This document shows positions 31,494 through 40,450 of a stretch of DNA of 64,000 nucleotides, piece after piece. The notes under the pieces are model-generated. The model did no database searches. It was given only the letters and a program-made list of their open reading frames with translations, and had not been told where the DNA came from. Both the position numbers and the translations under genes were made by a program. The stretch's first letter is position 1. Each line of letters begins with the position of its first letter. The stretch is from Terriglobia bacterium (GTDB taxonomy: Bacteria > Acidobacteriota > Terriglobia > JAJPHL01 > JAPKYU01), in assembly GCA_965206645.1 (NCBI GenBank), contig CBDBKE010000003.1, forward strand, positions 768,001-832,000. Direction: 5' to 3'.

Positions 31494-32177
31494 TCATCGG
31501 CCCTTCCCTCCACGTTTCCTTTCCGCTTGCAGTTGGTCCTGCATGAGGGCTTTGTACCAGGACGGCCCCTGAACCTTGACTCGCAAAGGCCGGGCTTTTC
31601 TGAGTTCGGGCGGCAAAGCAACGTAAGAGGGAATCGGGTTTTCTTTTCTCCGGGTCGCCGCGATGTACTCATTTTCGTTTTTCTTCGATCTCCAGGGGGC
31701 GAACATGAGAAGTCCTTCCACCCGGCGGTTGATCTCATCCCGCTCAACGGCTCTTTGCCCCATGAAGAGACACATCGCAGCGTCCCACCTTTCTGCAAGG
31801 GGCGCATCGGAAGCAGCCAAGGTGACTCGGTAGAACCATTGCACCATCTCGTTGGTGGGACGGCCCCAGCGGTTTTCGTTACGAAAGCGTAGTAGCTCAA
31901 GCGCAGTGCTGCCGGCTTCCCACGGGAACGCCCCGGACTGCACGGACTCGGGCCAGGAAAATGAAAGGTAGGGCTGCTGTTCTGATGCTTCAAGTTTTCT
32001 GAATTCTTTCAGGATGCGCCCCACCGTTCGGTCACTTGGTAGGCGTTTGGCTTCTGATCTTCCCAGTGCTTCTCTCTTAAGTTTTTCCCACACCCATTTG
32101 GCGCTCGCCTTCGGGTTGTTTGCGGCAATTACCCGAATCCGTTCCTCCCATTGCTTGTCTGTCTTTGGTCGTGGCAT
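31494..32177 (-). CDS. Putative DNA-binding regulator (N-terminal HTH-like)
   Basis: ASAKWVWEKL..LPSDRTVGRILKE; divergent from the HTH/Xis operon. Confidence 0.55.
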   Translation of the reverse strand: MPRPKTDKQWEERIRVIAANNPKASAKWVWEKLKREALGRSEAKRLPSDRTVGRILKEFRKLEASEQQPYLSFSWPESVQSGAFPWEAGSTALELLRFRNENRWGRPTNEMVQWFYRVTLAASDAPLAERWDAAMCLFMGQRAVERDEINRRVEGLLMFAPWRSKKNENEYIAATRRKENPIPSYVALPPELRKARPLRVKVQGPSWYKALMQDQLQAERKRGGKGR

Positions 32178-32233
32178 CGGCGTGGCTCCATTTCGTTTCT
32201 GAATTGGCAAATATCTTATTTGGTCTGGCTCAT

Positions 32234-32273
32234 TAGACAGTTCAAGTGTCTAGTATCTAGGTCATACTGTCAA
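32234..32273. promoter_or_regulatory. Divergent control region
   Basis: IR TAGACA-N7-TGTCTA; minus-strand TTGACA at 32268-32273. Confidence 0.45.
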
Positions 32274-32303
32274 GGATAATTGTCCGGTACGGGAGGCAAA
32301 CGA

Positions 32304-32510
32304 GTGACAAGACGAGATTCGGAAATCTTATTCACGGCTGGCGAAGCGGCGGCAGTGTTGGAGAGATCGTCGGACACCGCTCGCCAATTGGAGCGCGCCG
32401 GTATTCTCCGGGCGGCCTATAAGACAAAAGGTGGCATCCGCCTCTTCCGGCCAGAGGACGTGCAAAAACTTGCGGAGGAACGGAAGCGTAAGGCGGAGAC
32501 GGCGAAGTGA
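32304..32510 (+). CDS. MerR-type HTH (excisionase-like) protein
   Basis: FTAGEAAAVLERSSDTARQLERAGIL..TKGGIRLFRPEDV; GGAGG RBS. Confidence 0.75.
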   Translation: MTRRDSEILFTAGEAAAVLERSSDTARQLERAGILRAAYKTKGGIRLFRPEDVQKLAEERKRKAETAK

Positions 32511-32980
32511 AGGAGAGCATGTTGGCTTCCCAGGTTGAACCGCGCCCCCAACCGCAGCTTGTGCGAGAGGTCGAACCCAGGATCACCTGGGTGGAGTACC
32601 CGCACATCGAGCCGGGCGAGTACGCGGCGGCTTCAGGGCGTGCGTTCATATACTTCGACCGGTTCTTCAACCGTCACGTCTGTCTGGTTCGTTTCACTGT
32701 GGTCGATGATGGGGGGGGAGATGTACTCGCACGGCTCCCCTGGTTCCTGAACCTGGGTAGTGGCCCGCATCCGAGGGCCGGCAGGCGAGGTCGCTATTGG
32801 AATGAGTGGCTGCGGGCTAATGGGCGGCCACCAAAGCGCCGCGACCGGCTGGCGCCAAGAGTTTTTGAACATCGGGCGGCACGTGTTCAGGTTGGCGATA
32901 CAACAATGCCCTTTCGAGAGGACCGCGAGTTTGACGCCTACTCGGTCATTAGAGAAGTCCTACGGTGGGAAACAGGCTGA
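32507..32980 (+). CDS. Hypothetical phage-type protein, possibly OB-fold
   Basis: GTGA overlap; IEPGEY start followed by beta-strand pattern. Confidence 0.6.
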   Translation: MKESMLASQVEPRPQPQLVREVEPRITWVEYPHIEPGEYAAASGRAFIYFDRFFNRHVCLVRFTVVDDGGGDVLARLPWFLNLGSGPHPRAGRRGRYWNEWLRANGRPPKRRDRLAPRVFEHRAARVQVGDTTMPFREDREFDAYSVIREVLRWETG

Positions 32981-33207
32981 GAGGGTCAACCAAGTCAATG
33001 TTGTCACCCAGTCAAGGAAAGGCAGCACCAAGTGATGGGCGGAGAAGGGATTGCAGGTATTCCTTGTCAGGAACGATTGCGGTTTTCAGGCTTCGGCGCT
33101 GGCCGGCGTCGAGGGGTGAATCCAACTCAATGAACCCCAAGGGGCGCGCCTGGCGCGAACCGGGCGCGCCCAAAGGCAAACTGATCGCGCGACAAGCATA
33201 ACACGAA

Positions 33208-33321
33208 ATGGCTTCCTCTAACTCCAAACTCGGCATCGTTCCCGACCTGGCAGTAGTGGCGGACCCGGCAGCGGTAAACGACCTTCCCGAGGAGCATATC
33301 GAACAAGGAGGGACGTTTTAG
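33208..33321 (+). CDS. 37-aa ORF paralogous to the N-terminus of 34342-34719
   Basis: MASSNSKLGIVPDLAVVADP vs MALECKLGIVPDLTAIAADP. Confidence 0.5.
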   Translation: MASSNSKLGIVPDLAVVADPAAVNDLPEEHIEQGGTF

Positions 33322-34227
33322 TGAAGGGCAAGGTGTGTAGCTGGCGCGACATGCGCCGCATCAAGCACATCTTGGAGAACCCAGACCGACTAAAGGGTGA
33401 GCTAGCATCACTGACGGCTTGTGCTGGTAGGACGACTTGGTATGACTGGGAAAAAGCCATCGGGGTTATGGACTCTTGTCGCTTAAGCGACACTGTCCAT
33501 TTTCAGCCGACTCACGCTCGCGAAATAGCCCGCCATGCGCCTCAGGATGAGTGGGCCAGGTGGGCACAGCGATGCGAAACGGAGAGGCTGACCGTCGCAG
33601 AGCTTCGTGGGCGGCTGCTCGCCAGCCGGCAGAAACAGTCGCACGAGCAGGCTGCCGCAACGGCCCCCGGAGGGCAAATATAGGACGATCACGGTGGACC
33701 CGCCGTGGTCCTATCAGAACAAATCGGGGCGCCACGCGCCGGACTACGGCAAAGACAACCGCGTGATGACGCTAGACCAGGTTGTCTCGTTCGACGTCCA
33801 GCGATGGGTCCCCGAGGACGCCTGCCATCTGTACCTGTGGGTCACGGACGCCTACGTGGGGGGCGTCGGCCGGATATTGGAGGCGTGGGGCTTCGCGCCC
33901 AAGGCGATGCTGGTCTGGGTCAAGGACAGGATCGGGATGGGGAACTACTTCCGCCACCAGCACGAGCTCTGCGTGTTCGCGACCAGCGGGCGGCTGAGGC
34001 TGGCGCGCATGGACGCCTCAACGGTCTTCAGGGCGCCGGTGAAGAGGCACAGCGAGAAGCCGGACGAGTTCTACTCGCTGGTGGAGTCGTGCTCCCCGCC
34101 GCCCTATCTGGACGTGTTCGCGCGCAGGAGAAGGCCCGGATGGGACGTATACGGAGATGAGGTCTCAGCCGCTCGAAGGCAGGGCAACAGCGGGGGACCT
34201 AAGGACGGCAGTTGCCCAGGGGCATAA
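33321..34227 (+). pseudogene. MT-A70-family adenine methyltransferase split by a 1-bp frameshift near 33664
   Basis: KYRTITVDPPW, HLYLWVT, GMGNYFR..HE, HSEKP, DVFARR; removing one C from GGCCCCCGG fuses the 120-aa upstream ORF. Confidence 0.8.
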
Positions 34228-34341
34228 ACGGGAGCCGATGATCCCGGTGAACGCTATATCCACCCGCCGAGGGTCTCCGCAGAATAGAGAGACTGGCTGA
34301 GCAAGCGGCAGCCGAAGGAAGGCAACCGGATTCAGTAGAGC

Positions 34342-34719
34342 ATGGCCCTTGAATGCAAACTCGGCATTGTCCCGGACCTGACCGCAATAGCGGCGGACCC
34401 GGACGTGGCGCGCCAACTGACGGCGGACCAGGTGGAGGCGCTCCTGGCGGCCTGCTCCGTGTGCCAGGCGGCTCTGGTAAACCGGCTCCTGCTGTTGCGG
34501 GCCAGCAGCAACGGACAGGGCCAGGCGCAAGGGAGCGGGGACCGGTTACTGAGCGCGAAGGAAACGGCGGATCGGCTCGGTGTGAGCTTGGACTACGTTT
34601 ATAAACACGCCCACCAATTCCCCTTTGCCAGGCACGAAGGACGGCGGGTGCTGTTCTCCGAGCGCGGCCTGGAGCGGTATCTCCAGGGAAAGACGGAGAA
34701 GAAATCTCTTGACATCTAG
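34342..34719 (+). CDS. Excisionase-like HTH_17 protein
   Basis: RLLSAKETADRLGVSLDYVY...GRRVLFSERGLERYL. Confidence 0.78.
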   Translation: MALECKLGIVPDLTAIAADPDVARQLTADQVEALLAACSVCQAALVNRLLLLRASSNGQGQAQGSGDRLLSAKETADRLGVSLDYVYKHAHQFPFARHEGRRVLFSERGLERYLQGKTEKKSLDI

Positions 34720-34736
34720 ATATCTAAATATACAGC
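34709..34736 (+). promoter_or_regulatory. Putative promoter/operator for the RHH-integrase operon
   Basis: TTGACA at 34709 followed by palindrome TAGATATCTA (34717-34726). Confidence 0.45.
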
Positions 34737-34779
34737 CATTGGCATGGGGAAGCACCCAACTAAAAGGAGGGTAACTGAT

Positions 34780-34932
34780 ATGCCAGTGAAAAAGACCGTC
34801 AAGACTTCCATGCGGCTTCCGGCGGACCTATGGACAGCCGCCCGTATTGAAGCGATCAAGCGGGGCGTGGACGCCCAGGACATCGTTACCGAGGCCCTGA
34901 GTCTCTGGTTCAGGAAAGGGGGTGCACGATGA
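34780..34932 (+). CDS. Ribbon-helix-helix protein
   Basis: AGGAGG RBS; KTSMRLPADLWTAARIEAIKRGVDAQDIVTEAL; ATGA overlap with the integrase. Confidence 0.7.
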   Translation: MPVKKTVKTSMRLPADLWTAARIEAIKRGVDAQDIVTEALSLWFRKGGAR

Positions 34933-36041
34933 GAGGCGACGGAGCAGTGTTCAAGCACCCCCGAAGCAAGTTCCTCTGGATTCGGTACTCCCATCGGGGG
35001 AAGCTCTATCGGGAAACCACCGGGACAGTAGACCCGAAGAAGGCCGCGAAGCTGCTCAAGCAAAAACTCGCGGGGATTGCGGCTGACAAGCACGGTATAG
35101 CCGAGTTTGTTCCCAACAGCCAATTGCGGGTGCGGGACTTGCTGGACGCCCTGGAAGCCGACTACAAGCTCAGGGAGGTTCGGAGCGTCCCGCAGGTGCA
35201 AGCCCACCGTAAACCGCTGCTGGAAATCCTGGGCGGAATCCGAGCGCAGGACCTGGGCTCTGAAGCGATAGACCGTTATATCGAGAAGCGGCTGCAGGCC
35301 GGCAAGGCCAAGGCTACCGTGAATCGGGAGACACGGATACTCGGCCAAGCCTTCCGGCTGGCAATCCAGCGCAAGAAGCTTAGGACGGCCCCAATAATCC
35401 GGCGGCTATCCGAAAAAGGCAACCGGCGGGAGGGGTTCTTTGAGGCCAATGAATTTGAGGCTGTGCTTTCCAACTTGCCGGACTACCTGAACGGCTTTAC
35501 GCACTTCGGGTATCTCTCCGGCTGGCGCAAAGGCGAGATTGCCTCACTGCAGTGTCCCGATGTTGACCTGATGGGGAAGGTGATCCGGTTGAGGCCCGGG
35601 CACTCCAAAAACGGATGCGGAAGGGTCCTGGCCCTGGAAGCCGAGTTGTGGGAGATCGTGGAGCGGCAATGGAGAATGCGTGAGTATCAGAAGCCGGACG
35701 GGACAGCCGGGCTTTCCCTATACATCTTCCAACGCGACGGCGCCCCCATCGGCGACATTCGCAAGGCGTGGGCGACGGCCTGCAAGAAAGCCGGTGTCAA
35801 GAAGCTCTTCCATGACTTCCGGCGAACCGCAGCCCGCAACATGCGTCGCGCTGGTGTCCCCGAAGATGTTGTCATGAAAGTCCTGGGCCACAAGACCCGT
35901 AGCATGCTCGCAAGGTACGATATCGTCAATGAGGGCGACATACGGGAGGCCGTGCTCAGGACCCAGCAGTACCTACGGTCCGTTCCACCACAACAAACAG
36001 TTGTCCCCTTCCAGAAAGAAGCAGCCGGAGGGGTTCAGTAA
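34929..36041 (+). CDS. Tyrosine recombinase/integrase
   Basis: Catalytic set GWRKGE, SKNG, HDFRR, LGHKT, RYD; N-terminal arm-binding-like WIRY..GKLYRETTGT. Confidence 0.93.
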   Translation: MRGDGAVFKHPRSKFLWIRYSHRGKLYRETTGTVDPKKAAKLLKQKLAGIAADKHGIAEFVPNSQLRVRDLLDALEADYKLREVRSVPQVQAHRKPLLEILGGIRAQDLGSEAIDRYIEKRLQAGKAKATVNRETRILGQAFRLAIQRKKLRTAPIIRRLSEKGNRREGFFEANEFEAVLSNLPDYLNGFTHFGYLSGWRKGEIASLQCPDVDLMGKVIRLRPGHSKNGCGRVLALEAELWEIVERQWRMREYQKPDGTAGLSLYIFQRDGAPIGDIRKAWATACKKAGVKKLFHDFRRTAARNMRRAGVPEDVVMKVLGHKTRSMLARYDIVNEGDIREAVLRTQQYLRSVPPQQTVVPFQKEAAGGVQ

Positions 36042-36050
36042 TGCGAAGTT

Positions 36051-36068
36051 GCACACTTCTTGCACACC
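36051..36068 (+). repeat. Right arm-type integrase-binding repeat
   Basis: GCACACTTCTTGCACACC (tandem TGCACAC units), inverse of 15334-15351. Confidence 0.75.
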
Positions 36069-36136
36069 TGCACAAGAATAGTGCAATTCGCTTTTTGAGC
36101 AGTGGAGCTAAATCTTTGGGAACAAAATCGAAAGGT

Positions 36137-36213
<77 letters not shown>

Positions 36214-36388
36214 CCTTATCCTATCGCGGTACGAACGGCCCGTCAACTGTCCGCCCACGCCACCCAGCATAGCTGCTGCCCCGGGCACCCGAGTGCAGCG
36301 CGGTGGCGCCGCGCCAAGCCCCCGAGAAGATAAGCTTTCCTTCCGCAAAGACAAGAATGCCCTGAAGGTTTCCTGAAGAAGTAGCGCC

Positions 36389-36475
36389 GTGCTGTTGCTC
36401 ACCGAAAGCGAAGTTCGTCGGTTGCTGAACATGGATACGGCGCTCGAACTGCTGGGAGGGCTGTCCGGAGCATAG
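36389..36475 (+). pseudogene. Possible N-terminal remnant of an ornithine cyclodeaminase-family gene
   Basis: VLLLTESEVRRLLNMDTALELL resembles the OCD/mu-crystallin N-terminus. Confidence 0.35.
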
Positions 36476-36624
36476 TGTTCAGCCAGACACACCGGCACTC
36501 GCCCGTCTGAGAAGTAGCATTTTGGGGGCTACGTGCTAGATTGCTGCCCGCTCTCTAACGTCACTGCCGCCTCGGACGCCGCCGGCAAGCCGGTGGGGAG
36601 GCGGCCAGCAATCCGCGAGGTCGT

Positions 36625-37224
36625 ATGCGTAAGAAAGGCTGCAGTTGGATTTTTGGGGTTCTAATCTTGATCGTGGCCGTCCCGGCGGCCCGCGCGACTG
36701 TTCTCCAGAGGCTTTTCCTAGATGACATGGTGGGGAAATCCGCCGTAGTCGTTCATGCCACCGTGATCAGTTCTCGCGCCGATTGGAACGCCAGCCACAG
36801 TTCCATCTGGACGGTCTACACAGTGCGCGCACACCAATACCTGAAGGGTTTCCTGGGAGAAACCTTTGAGTTTCGTGAGCCCGGGGGCACGGTGAGCAAC
36901 GTGGGAATGTATGTTGCCGGCGCGCCGAAATTTCTTGCAGACGAGGAAGTGGTCTTGTTTCTGTGGACGGACGGTCGGAGCGGGCGCTATCAGTGCATCG
37001 GGTTCGAGCAAGGGGCCTTAAGAGTGCGCCAGGAGGGGACCGTAAAGTTGGTCAATCGCAGCATCCCGGTCCGCCCGGAGCAAGCAGTCCAGGCGCGCTC
37101 CCCGCTGCGGTCGCGCTTGGGGCCGGTCTCCGGCACCAGCCGGGAGCTCGGGGCCCTACTGGGGGAAGTGGCCGCGGCCCTGGCCCTGGCCGAGGCAGCT
37201 GCTGACGGAAAGGAGGCACGCTAA
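36625..37224 (+). CDS. Secreted hypothetical protein
   Basis: Signal peptide (..PAARA); PGGTV..VAGAPKF..EEVVLFL; TAATG overlap with the next gene. Confidence 0.8.
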   Translation: MRKKGCSWIFGVLILIVAVPAARATVLQRLFLDDMVGKSAVVVHATVISSRADWNASHSSIWTVYTVRAHQYLKGFLGETFEFREPGGTVSNVGMYVAGAPKFLADEEVVLFLWTDGRSGRYQCIGFEQGALRVRQEGTVKLVNRSIPVRPEQAVQARSPLRSRLGPVSGTSRELGALLGEVAAALALAEAAADGKEAR

Positions 37225-39227
37225 TGCGAACGCGCGCCTGCTTTGCCTTCTCTCTGCTGGTGCTCCTGGCGTTGCAGTCCATACCTGGGAGTGCTTACAC
37301 CCCGTCCACCACCGACCAAGGGATCCTGGTGCGCTGGGCCAACGGGACAGTGATCCAGTACGTCTTCAACGAAAACTTCGCTCCGAACAACGACGACACA
37401 CTCGTGCGCGCGGCGGTCGGAGACGCGCTGCGAACGCTGGAGGCGTCCGTCTCCGGGAGTTCAGGAGTGCGCTTCGAGGACGCTGGTACTACCGCGCTGA
37501 ACAAGACCGGCTTTGACTGCATCAACCTGATCACCTTCACCGCCCCCGACCCCGAGGACCAGCTCCCCGACGGCGTCCTGGCCCAGGCCCGCCTAATTGC
37601 CAGCACGACCGCCGGAACCTTCGATGTTTGCGGTGAACCGCTGAGTGTAAGCGCCGGGCAGATATTAGACGCCGATATGTTGTACAACACCACCAAGGCG
37701 TTGACGACCTCGCTGGTCCAGGAGGATGTGTTTGACATTCAGGGCCTGGCATTACACGAGGGCGGGCACTGGCTTGGCCTGAACCACACCGGGATCGTTG
37801 CGGCGGTCATGTCGCCTTTTGGCGAAGGTGGCGAATCTCCTGTACGACGCCTGCACAGCGACGACACGGCCGGCCTGACGGCCATCTACGGATCCTCGGG
37901 AGGGTCCATCTCCGGCCGCATCACCATTTCCGGCGGCAACGTGAAAGCCGCCCACGTGGTCGCCACCAACTCGACCACGGGAGTGACCACGGCCTCAGCC
38001 ACCAGCGACCAGGACGGCTACCGCATCTTGGGGCTGCCCGCGGGCAGCTACAGGGTCTTCGTAGAACCGTATGATGGTCCGGTTACGCTTTTCGACCTGC
38101 CGGGATTTTTCCAGGACGGCAACACTCAGTTCGAAACCACCTTTCTGACGAATCCGGTGACGGTCGGCACGTCCGCAGTCAGCGGGGTGGACATCGAGGT
38201 GGCCGCATCCATGGCTCCAGCGGACCTCGCCCGCATAGGCCTACTGATGGGCAATTCGTTCTTCCTCGGCGGAGTACCCGTTTCGGTTCGCCGGGGCGCC
38301 GACTCCTCCATCGTCCTGGACGGCCAAAACCTCTCCGGTCAGGCCAGCTTTTCTTCCCCTGGCATTACGATTGGCAGCGCGGGGACGTTCACCGATTCAA
38401 CCGGGGCCACTCGTCAGTTTGTGGACACCAGCGTGGCCGCGGACGCGGCTCTAGGCCCGACGGACGTCTATTTCGGCTCCGCCTCGTATACTTCGGGGGT
38501 GGTGGTGACGCTGAACCCGCAGGTGCCGGCTGACGGCATCGTAGATGGCGCCGCGTTCAACCAGAACACGTCAGCGCCACACTACGCGCCGGGCAGCATC
38601 ATCTCTCTGTTCGGCAATGACCTGGCCGAGCAGCTTGCGGGGCCAGACCGCACGCCGCTGCCGACCCAGCTGGCCGGGGTCTCGGTGCTGGTGGGGAACC
38701 GGCTGGCGCCCTTGTTCTTCGTGAGCACCGGGCAAATCAATGCGATGATTCCGTTCGAGACCGTCGGCAACAGCGTGAACGTTTCCGTAGTTGCTGGCGC
38801 CAACTCGCAGAGCACACCCGTCACGCTGCAACTGGGTTCGTCGGCACCGCGCATCTTCATGGTGCCCAATACGGACCAAGGCGCCATCCAGAATGGGTCC
38901 CGCAACAATGTGCTGGTGGATGTCGCCAATCCAGCCCAGGCGAGCGATGTGCTGGTGATCTTCGGAACCGGTTTAGGAGCGGTCACCAACCCACCCGCAA
39001 GCGGAGTGGCCGCCTCTGGAAATCCCCTCTCCACGACCATCAAGGTTCCCACCGTGACCATTGGCGGGCAGGCGGCGGCGGTGCAGTTCTCCGGCCTGAC
39101 GCCGGGCTTCGTGGGGCTCTACCAGGTGAATGCCCCCGTGCCCGGCGGCTTGCCCCCCGGCCGCGCGACGGTGGTGATCAGCACTTCGGCTGGGTCCAGC
39201 AACCAGGTGATGATTTCCGTGCAGTAG
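37224..39227 (+). CDS. Exported matrixin (M10-like) metallopeptidase with Ig-like and TIGR03437-type domains
   Basis: Signal peptide; HEGGHWLGLNH zinc motif and AVMSP Met-turn; APGSIISLFG, QINAMIP, GFVGLYQVN. Confidence 0.85.
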   Translation: MRTRACFAFSLLVLLALQSIPGSAYTPSTTDQGILVRWANGTVIQYVFNENFAPNNDDTLVRAAVGDALRTLEASVSGSSGVRFEDAGTTALNKTGFDCINLITFTAPDPEDQLPDGVLAQARLIASTTAGTFDVCGEPLSVSAGQILDADMLYNTTKALTTSLVQEDVFDIQGLALHEGGHWLGLNHTGIVAAVMSPFGEGGESPVRRLHSDDTAGLTAIYGSSGGSISGRITISGGNVKAAHVVATNSTTGVTTASATSDQDGYRILGLPAGSYRVFVEPYDGPVTLFDLPGFFQDGNTQFETTFLTNPVTVGTSAVSGVDIEVAASMAPADLARIGLLMGNSFFLGGVPVSVRRGADSSIVLDGQNLSGQASFSSPGITIGSAGTFTDSTGATRQFVDTSVAADAALGPTDVYFGSASYTSGVVVTLNPQVPADGIVDGAAFNQNTSAPHYAPGSIISLFGNDLAEQLAGPDRTPLPTQLAGVSVLVGNRLAPLFFVSTGQINAMIPFETVGNSVNVSVVAGANSQSTPVTLQLGSSAPRIFMVPNTDQGAIQNGSRNNVLVDVANPAQASDVLVIFGTGLGAVTNPPASGVAASGNPLSTTIKVPTVTIGGQAAAVQFSGLTPGFVGLYQVNAPVPGGLPPGRATVVISTSAGSSNQVMISVQ

Positions 39228-39272
39228 GCAGAGTGGCGAGGTGCGGGCTACGGGGTTTCCTGTCGGGCGCGG

Positions 39273-39686
39273 CTAACGAGTTCCGGTCAGCACGTCGTTG
39301 GCGAACCGCAAAAGGTCTCGCCGGGTGATGATGCCTATGACCCGCGCGCCGTCCATCACCGGCAGGCAGCCTCTGTGCTGGGCGTAGAGTTGAGCGCCGG
39401 CTTCGGTCAGGGGGGCTTCCGGGCCGATCGTCGTGACCTCCTTGGTCATCACCTTGCCCACCAGGGTATTCTCAAAGATCTCGTTGTACTGCTCGGGTGT
39501 GCTGTGAAGGATGGAAGGAGCATAGCGGCGTATGTCGCGCTCAGTCAGCAGCCCGACCATGCGATCTTCGCTGACCACCGGCATATGCCGGACGCCGGCT
39601 CGGCGGACCAATAACTCCGCATCGAGCAGCCGGTCCTCCGGGCTCAGGGTTTCCGGGTTGGGAGTCATGTAACGCCGCATTCCCAA
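39273..39686 (-). CDS. CBS-domain protein
   Basis: YMTPNPETL, VRHMPVV, VMTKEV, GIITRRDLL. Confidence 0.88.
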   Translation of the reverse strand: MGMRRYMTPNPETLSPEDRLLDAELLVRRAGVRHMPVVSEDRMVGLLTERDIRRYAPSILHSTPEQYNEIFENTLVGKVMTKEVTTIGPEAPLTEAGAQLYAQHRGCLPVMDGARVIGIITRRDLLRFANDVLTGTR

Positions 39687-39709
39687 AGTCCCCAGCCTTT
39701 TGCCTACCG

Positions 39710-40390
39710 CTAGTGTGGAGCCGACTTGAAGATCAAGATGTACTGGTTGGGCAGTACCGTCGGCGAGGCTTCAAGCTTCCAGCCGAAACGCTGGACCTCC
39801 TTCACCACTCCATCCCGGTCCAGGCGGACGTGGTCGCGCATCTCGTCCCGCTTGAAGAAATCCACAATGGCAATGCGCCCCTCGGATTTGAGCGCCCTTC
39901 GCAGGTGGTCCAGCATGGCTTTGGGAAATGCGAAGTGGTGATAGCAATCCAGCATCACTGCCAGATCCATCTCGCCAGGGGGCAAGCGCGGGTTCAGCTC
40001 GTCGCCCAGAAGCAACAGGACGTTCTCCAGTTCGAATGTCTGGACCTTTTCGCGAGCACGTTCCAGAAAATCCGGGTAGATGTCTTCGGCGTAGACCAGC
40101 CCGCCTGGGTCCACCGCCTTACTCAGGTAGGGCAGCAGAACTCCGGCGCCGGTGCCGATGTCGGCGACGCGGTCGCCCGGCTGGACGTCAAGTGCAGCGA
40201 TCAGTTCGCGCGGCTTCAACCGCTCGATTCGATCTGGATTTTCCAGGTACGCGACGACCCCGGCGCGCTGCTCCGGCGTGTGGTAATGCTCGTTGGGGAC
40301 CTGGACTGGTTCCGGCTGCTGTCCCCAGCCAGCAACGCCGAGCAACATCAGGGAAACAGCGAAAATCCTGGAGACGCGGTGATTCCTCAT
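39710..40390 (-). CDS. Exported class I SAM-dependent methyltransferase
   Basis: Signal peptide; VADIGTGAG, LDCYHHF. Confidence 0.85.
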   Translation of the reverse strand: MRNHRVSRIFAVSLMLLGVAGWGQQPEPVQVPNEHYHTPEQRAGVVAYLENPDRIERLKPRELIAALDVQPGDRVADIGTGAGVLLPYLSKAVDPGGLVYAEDIYPDFLERAREKVQTFELENVLLLLGDELNPRLPPGEMDLAVMLDCYHHFAFPKAMLDHLRRALKSEGRIAIVDFFKRDEMRDHVRLDRDGVVKEVQRFGWKLEASPTVLPNQYILIFKSAPH

Positions 40391-40450
40391 GACGAGAAAC
40401 TCCGCCAGACTAGCCGATCCGGCAGCGGGTTACAACAGGCTACACTTGGA

